64,000 nt of DNA from positions 13,156 through 77,155 of the forward strand of contig DATLPS010000086.1 of NCBI GenBank assembly GCA_035535575.1. The letters are read 5' to 3'. The translations under genes and the position numbers were made by a program. Source of the stretch: Candidatus Limnocylindria bacterium. Its GTDB lineage: Bacteria; Verrucomicrobiota; Verrucomicrobiia; Chthoniobacterales; UBA10450. The notes under the pieces were generated by a model. That model saw only the letters and a program-made list of their open reading frames with translations, searched no databases and was not told where the DNA came from. Positions 45,355 to 55,365 of the stretch are shown here, piece by piece (within the stretch, counting starts at the first letter, position 1; each line of letters opens with the position of its first letter).

Positions 45355-46020
45355 ATGCACTCTGCTCCGCGAGGTTTTCATCGGATAGTCGCGATCGATG
45401 GCCCTGCTGCCTCTGGAAAAAGTAGTGTCGCGCGAGAGCTTGCCCGGCGGCTTCGGTTTGTCTACGTCAACTCGGGCGGCATTTACAGAGCGATTACCTG
45501 GCACCTCCTCGAAGAAAGAATCGGTGCGGAAGATATCGAGCGCGTCGCTCAGGCTCTTGAGTCAAAGGCGATCACAAGCTGCCTTTACGACGGCGAGTCG
45601 CACACTCTGATCGATAATGTCGATCCCACAGAACATTTGCGTGAGGATCGTGTGAACGAAAGTGTTTCCCGCATTAGCAGGCTGCCGGTGGTTCGCGAAA
45701 TTGTTGCGCGGAAACTTCATGACCATGCGCGCAGCGACGATTTGGTCGTGGAAGGGCGAGACATTGGTTCGGTCGTTTTCCCGGACACACCTTACAAATT
45801 TTATGTTGATGCTTCTCCTGAAGTGCGTCTGCAACGTCGTGCTGCACAGGGCGAACACGATGAAATCGCTTTGCGCGATCATGCCGATTTTTCACGGCCC
45901 GTTTCACCGCTCGTCATCGCGAAAGACGCACACGTCATCGACACGTCGCGCCTGACCGTCGAAAAAGTTGTCCGCGAGATTCTCGCCCGGCTTAAAGAAG
46001 CAGGTTTTCAGTTTTGCTAA
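45355..46020 (+). CDS. cmk: cytidylate kinase
   Basis: P-loop IVAIDGPAASGKSS. The start was chosen at the ATG at 45355, 10 aa before the P-loop; the ORF-track start at 45292 is also possible. Confidence 0.85.
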   Translation: MHSAPRGFHRIVAIDGPAASGKSSVARELARRLRFVYVNSGGIYRAITWHLLEERIGAEDIERVAQALESKAITSCLYDGESHTLIDNVDPTEHLREDRVNESVSRISRLPVVREIVARKLHDHARSDDLVVEGRDIGSVVFPDTPYKFYVDASPEVRLQRRAAQGEHDEIALRDHADFSRPVSPLVIAKDAHVIDTSRLTVEKVVREILARLKEAGFQFC

Positions 46021-46058
46021 GACCGATCGGCAAGCCAGGAAATTGGTTCCGTGTTAAG

Positions 46059-46673
46059 ATGAATTTCTATTACTGGCTTGGCTATCATTTTTCTCGTCTC
46101 GTCGGCCGATTATTTTTCAGATTCCGCGTAATTCATCGGGAGCGGATGATTCAGGACGGGCCGGCGATTCTTGCGATGAATCACGAAAGCTACCTCGATC
46201 CGCTGCTTGCGGGGACTACATGCGATCGAGCGATTTACTTTTTGGCCCGGCGAACGTTGTTGGACGCGCCGCTTCTCGGCTGGCTTTTGCCGAAACTGAA
46301 TGTGATCCCAGTTAATCAGGAAGGCGTGGATCGCAGCGCTATCAAGGCTTTGATCCGTACTTTAAAGGCCGGGAACGCCGTGCTGGTTTTCCCCGAAGGC
46401 TCGCGCACTCTCGACGGTAACTTGCAGCCGGCCGAGCCGGGATTGGGATTGGTGATTGCAAAAACGCTCGCGCCGGTCGTGCCGATGCGAATCTTTGGCG
46501 CCCACCAAGCCTTGCCGCGCGGCGGTGGCGGTTTGCACCTTGTGCCGATTACCATCGTGATCGGAGAACCGATTTTTTTTAATGCAGCCGATCTTGGGCC
46601 GACGGGAAAAAATCTCTATCAGGGATTAAGCGAACGCGTTATGGATGCAATTGCGACGCTGCGCCTGGAGTGA
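46059..46673 (+). CDS. plsC: 1-acyl-sn-glycerol-3-phosphate acyltransferase
   Basis: HX4D motif NHESYLDP and FPEGSRT. The start could be the ATG at 46059 or the TTG at 46014. Confidence 0.8.
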   Translation: MNFYYWLGYHFSRLVGRLFFRFRVIHRERMIQDGPAILAMNHESYLDPLLAGTTCDRAIYFLARRTLLDAPLLGWLLPKLNVIPVNQEGVDRSAIKALIRTLKAGNAVLVFPEGSRTLDGNLQPAEPGLGLVIAKTLAPVVPMRIFGAHQALPRGGGGLHLVPITIVIGEPIFFNAADLGPTGKNLYQGLSERVMDAIATLRLE

Positions 46674-47087
46674 CGAGGGCGGAGTGCTTTGGATTGAAAT
46701 GACTGAGGAGCATAGGCTCGAGACTAAGGCGACCCGGTCGAGCCGATTCAGCATTCCAGGAACCAACGTCGCTGCGTTGCGCGCGCTAAACTGCCACCGA
46801 TCGTATGGCGTGAATGCGCCACACCGTTCTGCCGAAAGATATCAGGCCTCGCAGGTCCCCAAAAGCGAGGTTATCGTGATGCTCAACATTATTGGAGCGC
46901 TCGCGTTATTAGCTTTGTTCGCCAATAGCGAGCGTTTTCGGCGTGATGATCTTGAGAAGGTTGAGGTGAGACTGGCAACTTCCCCAATACCACAGCCGCG
47001 TTAAGTTTCGTTTGACTACATGGCCTTCCGTCGAGGCGGCGATTAGTTCGCCAACTCCGTCTCCTACGCCGCAGTAAACCCGAGGCG

Positions 47088-49913
47088 CTAGTTATCAGCC
47101 CTGTCAAAATCGGCTGGCGACTCCCCACGTTGCCCTGCGAGAACCCGAGCGTATTGCAGTGTGTCGATAGAATCGACGTTCTTGTCGTGCCGGATCGCCT
47201 TGATCCTCGGAAATCGCAGCGCCAGCCCGCTGGGGTGACGCGTACTTGGCTGGATTGAATTGAAGGCTACCTCGAGCACGACATCCGGCTTCACTTTACG
47301 ATAGCGGCCGTGATCGGCGATCGTGTTCTGCTTGAAGTGCTCGGTTAACTCAGCAATCTCCGCGTCCGTCAATCCGCTATAGGCTTTGCCAATCGGCAAA
47401 AGTTCGCCAGTCGCTTCATCGCGGATCGCAAATGTGTAATCGCTCAAGACATTGTTGCGCTTGCCATGGCCAAGCTCAACGGCGACAACCACAACGTCCA
47501 GCGTCGCGAGCTCTTTCTTCAGTTTAAACCAAAACATTCCGCGGGTCCCGGGCAGATAAAAGCTCTCCGGGTCTTTGATCATTAGACCTTCGTTGAAGCG
47601 CCGGCGGGCCTGCTGAAACATTTGTTCAATCTCAGCGGCGGAACGCGCTGAGGTTGCTTTTGCAATTTGAAATTGCGACGGCATTCGCACGCGGCCGAGA
47701 TGTCTTCGCCGTTCGCGCAACGGAGTTGTTAACAACGGCTGCCCGTTCAGCCAAAGAAGATCAAACGCAACAAACGCGACCGGCACGTCTGCTGCTGCAC
47801 GCGCGAATAAATCCTCACCGTCGCTCTTACGGCCGAGCCGCCTTTGCAGATCGAAGAAGGTAAGCCTACGACCTTCCTCGAACGCCATGATTTCACCATC
47901 GATAATCAGTTCTTCACGAAAATTGCGGGCTTGATCGGCTAATTCGGGAAATTGCCCGGTGATGCGCCGCAAATCGCGAGAAAAAATTTCAACCCGTTCT
48001 GCGCTGCGATGAAGCTGCGCGCGGATACCATCGAATTTGTCCTCTACATAGATAGTGGCGCGTGTGGGATTCCCGTCGGCGTCTGCCGAGTCGACAAACC
48101 GTTCCCACACAGCTTCCGCGGTCGGCTGAGGAGTAGCAAGCATGCATTTGATGGGATGAAAGATCGACAGCTCTGCGCGATGCAGTTCGTTCCGCGAAGC
48201 GATCACTGCCGTCTGACCGATGTCGCCTAGCAACATGTTGGCCTCCCTTACCTGCTCGAGCGGAACGTCGAATGCCCTTGCAATCCCTTCCTCGACCAAA
48301 CCCTCGCGCAGTCCAATGCGCAGGTCGCCAGTCAAAATCTTAACGACGTACTGACCTTCACGCGGTGATAACATCGCGAATCGATTTTTCAGCAACTCCA
48401 CCTTCGCTCCTAGGCCGCGCGCACGATGGAGATTTTCGAACAGCTCGCGCGATTCGCGGATGCTGAAGGGCTGCGGCGCCGTCCGCCCATCGAGAACTTC
48501 AAATGCACTTTTGCCGGCATCGCCGTGGGCGCAGGCGATTCGATGAAGGTCGGCGTCGCCAATTTCGGTGGCAGCTTGCAATACCCGGAAGATTGCCGCC
48601 CAACCAACTTGCAGTGTGCGCAAATCGCTTTGGGCAAATACTCTTCCAGTGAAGTAGAGGGTCGCGGCGGGAAGTTGGTCGCTGGTCAGGTCGCGAAGGT
48701 AATCGGCAAGGAGGCCAATTTTCTCGAGCTTCGATGGCGTCGCAGCGATGGCTTCGCCAACATTCGCAAACACGAGAAATTCGGATTGAATATCGGACGG
48801 CTCTTGGCGAAATGAACTTTCACTTGACTCGGCCGTACGCGAGAATCCCGCAGACGGACGGACAGGCCGTGCGTCACCCGCAGCAGGTAGCTGCAATTCC
48901 ATTTGGTTTTCCTCGCTCACTGCCCACGCTTCGACGCCGCGCGCGCGGAGATCGCGGGCGAAGGCAGCAGCGAAACCGTGGAGAGTAAGCACTCGCCGTG
49001 GCTGCACCAGTTCAACGTAGCGGACCAAATCATCATAATCCGCGTGGTCCGAGAGAGGAAACGCTGCGTCGACTTGGTAGCGATAGACGGCATTTGGATC
49101 GACCGCCCAGCCGCTGATTATCGCCACACGTTTGCGTGGGATTCTTTCCAGTATCTGCGAGCGATTCGCACTAGGTGGGCAGATGAGGACTTTTCCTGCA
49201 ACATCATTCGGGTTGTAACGCACGTATTTGCAAAACGATTGACCGAACTGCTCGTAGATCCGGGTTATTTGGTAGACGGAGCCGTGCAGCATGGGCGTCA
49301 GGCGCGCCCCATCAAGCGAACACAGTATTTCCTGTGCTTTGCCTAACGAATAGCCCAAGAGCACCGGCACGTGGTCAGCCTCGATTGCTTCGCGGCAGAA
49401 TGCGACGATTTGCTCAACAACTTGATCCGTTGATGGAAATCGATACCGCGGCAGACCAAATGTCGTCTCCATGATAAGCGTATCAGCCTGTCGCCACTGA
49501 GCCTCTTCAGCGGATTTCCCGGGACGCAGTTTGAAATCTCCCGTGTAAAGAAGTGTCTCGCCACCCGCAAAGATGAAACACTGCGCCGAACCGAAGATGT
49601 GCCCGGCGGGCAGTAACATCAGATGGATGCCATGGACCGTCCGTTCTTCACCAAACGGCAGAACGTGTTCGGTGCGATCACCCGGCAGCCGGCTTTGAAG
49701 CAAACGGGCTGTCCGCTCCGAAATGATAATCTCCTCGTGAGGCGCTATGTGGTCGCTGTGCGCATGCGAAATGAAAGCGAACCGCTTTGCGTCCCAAGGA
49801 TCCAGCCACAAGTGCTGTTCCGGCAGATAAACGCCGCGGTTGTAACGAACTTCAATCATTGACAAGAAATTTACTTTCGGATTGGCGTACGCAAAACTGT
49901 GGTTCCGTGACAC
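47088..49913 (-). CDS. fusion: metallo-beta-lactamase/beta-CASP exonuclease (N-terminal) plus ATP-dependent DNA ligase (C-terminal)
   Basis: 941 aa. The N-terminal part has ISHAHSDH (the HxHxDH motif) and beta-CASP-like LSDHAD. The C-terminal part has ligase motif I EDKFDGIR (KxDG), EGLMIKD, LDVVVVAVELGHGKR and RFPRIKAIRHDK. The real start may be the internal ATG at 49859 (MIEVRYNRG). Confidence 0.8.
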   Translation of the reverse strand: MSRNHSFAYANPKVNFLSMIEVRYNRGVYLPEQHLWLDPWDAKRFAFISHAHSDHIAPHEEIIISERTARLLQSRLPGDRTEHVLPFGEERTVHGIHLMLLPAGHIFGSAQCFIFAGGETLLYTGDFKLRPGKSAEEAQWRQADTLIMETTFGLPRYRFPSTDQVVEQIVAFCREAIEADHVPVLLGYSLGKAQEILCSLDGARLTPMLHGSVYQITRIYEQFGQSFCKYVRYNPNDVAGKVLICPPSANRSQILERIPRKRVAIISGWAVDPNAVYRYQVDAAFPLSDHADYDDLVRYVELVQPRRVLTLHGFAAAFARDLRARGVEAWAVSEENQMELQLPAAGDARPVRPSAGFSRTAESSESSFRQEPSDIQSEFLVFANVGEAIAATPSKLEKIGLLADYLRDLTSDQLPAATLYFTGRVFAQSDLRTLQVGWAAIFRVLQAATEIGDADLHRIACAHGDAGKSAFEVLDGRTAPQPFSIRESRELFENLHRARGLGAKVELLKNRFAMLSPREGQYVVKILTGDLRIGLREGLVEEGIARAFDVPLEQVREANMLLGDIGQTAVIASRNELHRAELSIFHPIKCMLATPQPTAEAVWERFVDSADADGNPTRATIYVEDKFDGIRAQLHRSAERVEIFSRDLRRITGQFPELADQARNFREELIIDGEIMAFEEGRRLTFFDLQRRLGRKSDGEDLFARAAADVPVAFVAFDLLWLNGQPLLTTPLRERRRHLGRVRMPSQFQIAKATSARSAAEIEQMFQQARRRFNEGLMIKDPESFYLPGTRGMFWFKLKKELATLDVVVVAVELGHGKRNNVLSDYTFAIRDEATGELLPIGKAYSGLTDAEIAELTEHFKQNTIADHGRYRKVKPDVVLEVAFNSIQPSTRHPSGLALRFPRIKAIRHDKNVDSIDTLQYARVLAGQRGESPADFDRADN

Positions 49914-49981
49914 GTGTACGATGCATGGGACTTATGCTTTGCCCGTTGACACGCAATTCGAAACCCGGCTTTATTAGCCAA

Positions 49982-50578
49982 ATGAGGTTTGCCGTCGCAC
50001 CTTGGTTTTTGATGTTCCTCACACTGGGGGTTTCCAGCCAAGGCGCGCGGGAAGAACCCAGGATCGTGGAAAAGGTGACGCCGCTCCCGGTCGCGTTAGA
50101 CAAAGATTTCGAGTTTCGAAAAACGAAACTTTTCTTTTTGAGTGAGAAAGCACCGAAAGCAAGTGACAAGGCGCGGCAGACAACGAGCACGAGCACGTTT
50201 GGCTCGAAGTCGACTTCGCCAAGCCAGAAAGTGGCGACGCTCCAGGACGCGCCCATTACTTTTGAGCGCCAATACCGGATGTTCGGCGCTGTGACGTTGC
50301 TTGACCAACGCCAGCGGCTCGGCAATTACTTCGATTTTTTTTGGCGGGCGAAGCGGCCTTCCGATGTCACAGTACGATTAGAGTATCGTCAGGAAAAATT
50401 GCACGAGCACGTCCAGGCACAGGAGATTACCTACCGAAACGCGCATGGCACGCATAAGACGGAATTCAAGGTCATCGGGGACGATTACTTGGACGATGGC
50501 CAGGTTATTGCGTGGCGCTGTCTGTTAATCTCAAACGGCCGGATCGTGGCGGAAAATCGCTCGTTCATGTGGGAGTAA
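49982..50578 (+). CDS. secreted hypothetical protein
   Basis: ORF 49787..50578. I moved the start to the ATG at 49982 (MRFAVAPWFLMFLTLGVSSQG, a signal peptide), which removes the overlap with the divergent ligase gene. I recognised no family. Confidence 0.45.
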   Translation: MRFAVAPWFLMFLTLGVSSQGAREEPRIVEKVTPLPVALDKDFEFRKTKLFFLSEKAPKASDKARQTTSTSTFGSKSTSPSQKVATLQDAPITFERQYRMFGAVTLLDQRQRLGNYFDFFWRAKRPSDVTVRLEYRQEKLHEHVQAQEITYRNAHGTHKTEFKVIGDDYLDDGQVIAWRCLLISNGRIVAENRSFMWE

Positions 50579-50716
50579 GATTGGGCAGCAGTGGGCGGCC
50601 GCTTTCTTGTACGTGCGCGGGCGTCGCACAGCGACGTTTGCATCGATGCGACCCTTGGTCGCGCGCATTTCGAATCAATTTCTGAAACCTTCTCGAGTCC
50701 TGTGAGGTTTGACAGC

Positions 50717-51268
50717 ATGCCTTATGGGCTGGTATCCTTTAAGGAGCTAACCGTGGATTCATCTATTCAAGTAGGGGTCAGAGGCCCGACCGTATGGGTG
50801 AAAGTCGAGGGCAAAGGTAGCTTTCTCAACAGCGGCAACCTGAAGGAGTTTGCGCGCGAGATGTTAGACCGCGGCTATCGCGAGTTTGTGGTGGATTTAG
50901 CAGATTGCGCCATGATGGATTCCACATTCATGGGAACGATGGCTAGCGTGGCGCTGCGGTTGAAGGAACTTGGCCGTGGTCACTTGCACATTATTCACTG
51001 TGGAAATCGCAGCCAAGAGCTCCTCTCTGGACTCGGACTCGATCAGATATTTGATATTCATGGTAACGGAGCGCGCGCACCTGAATGCGGGGCGCTCGAG
51101 CGAGCTCCCGGAGCCAGGTCGCCAGAGGCCCGAAAACAGGAGCAGGCAGAAACGATGCTGGAAGCGCACGAGGCACTTTGCGAAGCGGCACCGGAAAATA
51201 TCTTTCGATTTAAGGACGTTCTCGATTTCTTAAGACAAGACCTTCATCGCGAGACGCCTTCGAAGTAA
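50717..51268 (+). CDS. STAS-domain protein (anti-sigma-factor-antagonist-like) with a C-terminal extension
   Basis: ORF 50591..51268, with the start moved to the ATG at 50717. VWVKVEGKGSFLNSGNLKEFAREML...VVDLADCAMMDSTFMGTMASV has the STAS layout, with Ser/Thr at the usual phospho-site (MDST). Confidence 0.7.
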   Translation: MPYGLVSFKELTVDSSIQVGVRGPTVWVKVEGKGSFLNSGNLKEFAREMLDRGYREFVVDLADCAMMDSTFMGTMASVALRLKELGRGHLHIIHCGNRSQELLSGLGLDQIFDIHGNGARAPECGALERAPGARSPEARKQEQAETMLEAHEALCEAAPENIFRFKDVLDFLRQDLHRETPSK

Positions 51269-51280
51269 GCTGGCCCTTGC

Positions 51281-52720
51281 ATGATGTGGCCGACTCTTCT
51301 CCTCGGACTGCTTGTTGCGTCTGTTGCCGGGTGGATTGTTACTTTCTATTTCCAGACGCAGAGGATTCGCAGGTTAGAACGGTCCCATGAGGAGATTCAA
51401 GTAGAGGAGACCCTCGTCTTCGATTTCTTGCACGGTCTTGGCGAAGCCTTCCGAGAGACGATTCGACCCCAGGAACTTCATCGGCTCATTGTCGAAGGCG
51501 CTACGCGTGTTCTCGATGCGCAAGGCGGCGCGCTTTATGTCACTGATCGCACGGGCGGGAAGCTCACGCCGGCTTTTATCTCCAAAGGCTGTCCGCCGCT
51601 CGTCGATATTCCGACGAATATCTTGCAACAGGCAGCCTCCAATCCCATTGCCCTCGAAACTTTTCTACGGCTGCACACAATTGCCCCGGCCGAAGGACTG
51701 ATCGGACGCGTGTGGCAGACAGGACAGTCTGTGTGTTTGAACGAGTTTTCGGATGTGCCCGAGTTGGCGAAATTGCGCGGCAGCGCATTTGGCAGTGGCT
51801 CAATCATCGCGGCGGCGCTTCGGTATGGAAATCAGGATCTGGGGGTGTTGGCGCTCGCCAATGGCCCGATGGGTGCGCCGTTTTCGCAAGGGGAGTTTGT
51901 CGTTTTTAAATCGATCGCTGAGCAGTCTGCGTTTGCGCTCTACAACGCCATCATTTATTCGATGGCCAACGAAAAAAAGCGACTCGATCACGATCTCGAG
52001 ATTGCCCGGGACATTCAGCGGATTTTGCTGCCTTCGGAAGCGCCTGCCATCAATGGATTTCAGATCAGTGGGATCAATGTGCCAGCTCGCCAGGTAAGCG
52101 GCGACTACTTCGATTACATCCACGTGGACAACGAGCGATTGGGCGTGGCAATTGCAGACGTCTCAGGCAAAGGTGTCCCGGCATCGCTCATCATGGCAAT
52201 TTGCCGCAGTGTTTTGCGCGCCGAGGCGGCTCGGAATCCCTCTCCGGCAGATGTTTTACGAAAGGTGAATCGTCAGCTTTACCCTGACATCAAGGAAGAC
52301 ATGTTCATTAGTATGGCGTATCTCATCCTGGATCATCAGCGCAATGGCATTACTCTCGCGCGCGCGGGACACGACGCGCCGTTACTATATCAATCGAAGT
52401 CGAAAACTGTTACGCCCGTAAAACCGCCGGGAATGGTTGTGGGAATTGACAGTGGCAGCGTGTTTGATAGGCTTACCGTTGACTTCGCCGTGCCGCTCGA
52501 GCGCGATGATTGCCTCATTCTCTACACCGATGGCGTGACCGAAACGTTAAATCCTGAGGGCGACGAATTCGGCCTCGATCGTATGATGCAATCCGTACGC
52601 GCCAGCGTAAACGATGGCGCGCAGGCGATTGTAACGAAAATCATCGGAGACGTGCGCGACTTTACCGGCTCGGCACCTCAAAACGACGACATAACCTTGA
52701 TTGCTATCCGCAAAACATGA
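51281..52720 (+). CDS. membrane-anchored GAF plus PP2C/SpoIIE phosphatase
   Basis: An N-terminal transmembrane helix is followed by a GAF-like region (LIGRVWQTGQSV). PP2C motifs are SGDYFDY, IADVSGKGVPASL, LYTDGVTE and NDDITLIAI. Confidence 0.85.
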   Translation: MMWPTLLLGLLVASVAGWIVTFYFQTQRIRRLERSHEEIQVEETLVFDFLHGLGEAFRETIRPQELHRLIVEGATRVLDAQGGALYVTDRTGGKLTPAFISKGCPPLVDIPTNILQQAASNPIALETFLRLHTIAPAEGLIGRVWQTGQSVCLNEFSDVPELAKLRGSAFGSGSIIAAALRYGNQDLGVLALANGPMGAPFSQGEFVVFKSIAEQSAFALYNAIIYSMANEKKRLDHDLEIARDIQRILLPSEAPAINGFQISGINVPARQVSGDYFDYIHVDNERLGVAIADVSGKGVPASLIMAICRSVLRAEAARNPSPADVLRKVNRQLYPDIKEDMFISMAYLILDHQRNGITLARAGHDAPLLYQSKSKTVTPVKPPGMVVGIDSGSVFDRLTVDFAVPLERDDCLILYTDGVTETLNPEGDEFGLDRMMQSVRASVNDGAQAIVTKIIGDVRDFTGSAPQNDDITLIAIRKT

Positions 52721-53271
52721 AAAAAATCCCTGCTTCTGAACAAAACGAACGAATGAAGGCATCGGCTTCATCTACGCAGGCAACTGTCACCGACCAAATC
52801 GACACGGAAGATGCCATGGCCGGCTTGCAAGCCGATCTCGATCGGTTTCGCGATCTCGCGTTGCGCAGCCAGGCTGATTTCGAGAATTACAAAAAGCGTT
52901 CCGCGCGCGAAAAGGAAGAGGCGATCAAGTACGCCAACAAATCGTTACTCGAGCGATTGGTAGCAATTATCGATAACTTCGAGCTTGGTCTCGCAGCCGC
53001 AAAAGAGCAGGGCGAGCAGTCCCCGATTTATTCCGGTATGATTCTCGTCCAAAAACAACTCAACGATTTGCTCGCGGAAAATGGGCTGCAGCCGATCGAG
53101 GCCGAAGGCAAAACCTTCGACCCAAACGTACACGAAGCGATTGCACATGAGCCGAGCGATCAATTTCCCGAAGGCACTGTGCTGCGCCAGACTCGCCGCG
53201 GTTATCGATTCAAAGACCGATTGCTTCGGCCTGCGAAAGTGGTTGTTTCGAGTGGGCCAGCAAAGAAGTAA
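52717..53271 (+). CDS. grpE: nucleotide exchange factor GrpE
   Basis: RSQADFENYKKRSAREKEE and FDPNVHEAI are present. The start overlaps the PP2C stop by 4 nt (ATGA). Confidence 0.9.
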   Translation: MKKIPASEQNERMKASASSTQATVTDQIDTEDAMAGLQADLDRFRDLALRSQADFENYKKRSAREKEEAIKYANKSLLERLVAIIDNFELGLAAAKEQGEQSPIYSGMILVQKQLNDLLAENGLQPIEAEGKTFDPNVHEAIAHEPSDQFPEGTVLRQTRRGYRFKDRLLRPAKVVVSSGPAKK

Positions 53272-53325
53272 GCTGCTTGCTTGCTGTGCCTCTCAGTCAC
53301 ATAGGTCCCGCAGGTTACCGGCCAG

Positions 53326-54471
53326 ATGGCAACTGACAAACGCGATTACTACGACGTGCTGGGCGTTGATCGAGACGCCGCCGACGAGGATGTGAAACGC
53401 GCCTATCGCAAGCTCGCAGTCAAGTTTCATCCGGACAAGAATCCAGACGACCCGCACGCCGAGGAAAAGTTCAAGGAATTAGGCGAAGCGTACGACGTCC
53501 TGATGGACCCCGACAAACGTGCTGCCTACGACCGTTTTGGGCATGCGGCATTCGCCTCGGGTGGCGCTGGATTCGGCCGCGGCGCTTTCCACGACCCGTT
53601 CGAGATTTTCCGCGAAGTGTTCGGGGGAGGGGGCTTTGGCGGCGGCATTTTTGAGACGTTCTTCGGCGGCGGCGGTGGTGCGCGTGCAGAGGATCGGCGT
53701 CGGGGATCAGATTTGCGCTACGACATGCAAATCAAGCTCGAAGAGGCAGCTTTTGGCGCGGAAAAGCAGATCGAGATCGAGAAACTGAATACTTGCGAGA
53801 AATGCGGGGGCAGCGGCGCCGAACCCGGTTCGCGCAGGATCAGCTGTCCAACCTGCGGCGGCCGTGGTCAGGTCGTCAGTTCGCGTGGATTTTTTCATAT
53901 TTCGCAGACATGTCCGCGCTGTCACGGTGCCGGTGAGATAATTGAAAAGCCGTGTGAAAAATGCCGCGGCGACGGACGTGTGGAAAAACTAAGCCGGGTG
54001 AAGCTGCAAATTCCCGCTGGAATCAGAGAAGGTACCCGGCTGCGTTCCTTAGGCGATGGCGAGGCTGGAATCGGCGGCGCTCCGCCGGGGGATCTTTACG
54101 TGGTGATTCATATTAAGGAGCACAAGATCTTTCAACGCGAAGGTGACGATCTGTATTGCGAGGTGCCAATCCCATTTTCCGTTGCCGCGTTGGGCGGCGA
54201 AATTGATGTACCGACATTAGAGGGCAAAGCGCATCTCAAAGTGCCAGCTGGCACGCAAAGCGGGCAAATGTTCAAACTTCGCGGAAAAGGAATCGCCAAC
54301 GTAAACGGGCGCGGGCACGGTGATTTATTCGCGCGCCTAATTGTCGAGGTGCCGTCGCGCTTGAATGCCGAGCAACGTCGCAAGCTAGAGGAATTCGCGG
54401 CCCTTTGCGGCGAGGAGAACACTCCAATCAGGAAAAGTTTCTTCGAAAAGGCGAAAGAGTTTTTCAAATAA
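53326..54471 (+). CDS. dnaJ: molecular chaperone DnaJ
   Basis: The J domain has the HPD motif (KFHPDKNP). A G/F-rich region follows. There are four CxxCxGxG zinc-finger repeats. Confidence 0.95.
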   Translation: MATDKRDYYDVLGVDRDAADEDVKRAYRKLAVKFHPDKNPDDPHAEEKFKELGEAYDVLMDPDKRAAYDRFGHAAFASGGAGFGRGAFHDPFEIFREVFGGGGFGGGIFETFFGGGGGARAEDRRRGSDLRYDMQIKLEEAAFGAEKQIEIEKLNTCEKCGGSGAEPGSRRISCPTCGGRGQVVSSRGFFHISQTCPRCHGAGEIIEKPCEKCRGDGRVEKLSRVKLQIPAGIREGTRLRSLGDGEAGIGGAPPGDLYVVIHIKEHKIFQREGDDLYCEVPIPFSVAALGGEIDVPTLEGKAHLKVPAGTQSGQMFKLRGKGIANVNGRGHGDLFARLIVEVPSRLNAEQRRKLEEFAALCGEENTPIRKSFFEKAKEFFK

Positions 54472-54485
54472 GCGCCGCAGTTTCC

Positions 54486-55349
54486 GTGGTTCACAATTGC
54501 GTCAACCTGATCGAATGCCCGCGGGACGCCTGGCAGGGGCTGAAACGGCAGATCCCGACGGAACTGAAAGCCCGTTATCTGCGCGCACTAATTCGAGCGG
54601 ATTTCAAACGCATCGATGCGGTGAGTTTTGTCTCTCCAAAAGCGGTTCCGCAAATGGCCGACAGCGAAAAGGTGCTGGAGCACATCGATGTGCCGAAGGA
54701 CGTGGAGATCATCGGCATCGTGGTAAATGAGAAGGGCGCCAAGCGCGCTATTGCCACTGAAGCCGTTGCGACTCTCGGTTACCCTTGTTCGATTTCTGAG
54801 ACGTTTCTGCGCAAAAACCAAAACCAAACAATCGAAGAGTGCTACCGGGTGCTGCAATCAATTAAGACAAAGGCGGACAATGCCGGCCTGGGTGTGGTCG
54901 TTTACATTTCTATGGCGTTTGGAAATCCGTACGGCGATCCGTGGGATGAGAACGAAGTGAGGCAGGCAATTGAGAAATTGATCAGCATTGGTGTTCGATC
55001 CATTTCACTAGCTGACACTGTCGCTGTCGCGGACCGTGATCTGATTCGCCGTGTAGTCGAATCGGTGACGAGCCAATACTCCGAGTATGACATTGGCGTG
55101 CACCTTCATAGCGCATCCCAGGAGGCCGCAGCCAAAGTGCTTGCTGCGTACGACGCGGGCTGTCGCCGTTTTGATTCGGCCCTTGGCGGTCTTGGCGGTT
55201 GCCCATTCGCGCAGGACGCGTTGGTCGGAAACATTCCCACAGAAAGCGTGATCGCAGCGCTTCAGCAGCGAAGTGTAGAGGTACCAATAAGCAAAACTTT
55301 GAAGGATGTATTGGCGATGAACTCGTTGATCGCGTCCGAGTATCAATAA
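54486..55349 (+). CDS. hydroxymethylglutaryl-CoA lyase-like (HMGL/pyruvate carboxyltransferase family)
   Basis: VNLIECPRDAWQG corresponds to the PRDGLQ motif. There is a TIM-barrel pattern with HLH and GLGGCPFA. The ORF-track ATG at 54405 overlaps dnaJ by 67 nt, so I prefer the GTG at 54486. The start remains uncertain. Confidence 0.6.
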   Translation: MVHNCVNLIECPRDAWQGLKRQIPTELKARYLRALIRADFKRIDAVSFVSPKAVPQMADSEKVLEHIDVPKDVEIIGIVVNEKGAKRAIATEAVATLGYPCSISETFLRKNQNQTIEECYRVLQSIKTKADNAGLGVVVYISMAFGNPYGDPWDENEVRQAIEKLISIGVRSISLADTVAVADRDLIRRVVESVTSQYSEYDIGVHLHSASQEAAAKVLAAYDAGCRRFDSALGGLGGCPFAQDALVGNIPTESVIAALQQRSVEVPISKTLKDVLAMNSLIASEYQ

Positions 55350-55365
55350 AGAAGTCGAATTGCCT

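Noticed and set aside
52650-52720. A CIRCE/HrcA operator upstream of grpE
   Set aside because: The grpE start overlaps the preceding PP2C gene. No TTAGCACTC-N9-GAGTGCTAA-like inverted repeat is visible in or upstream of the junction.
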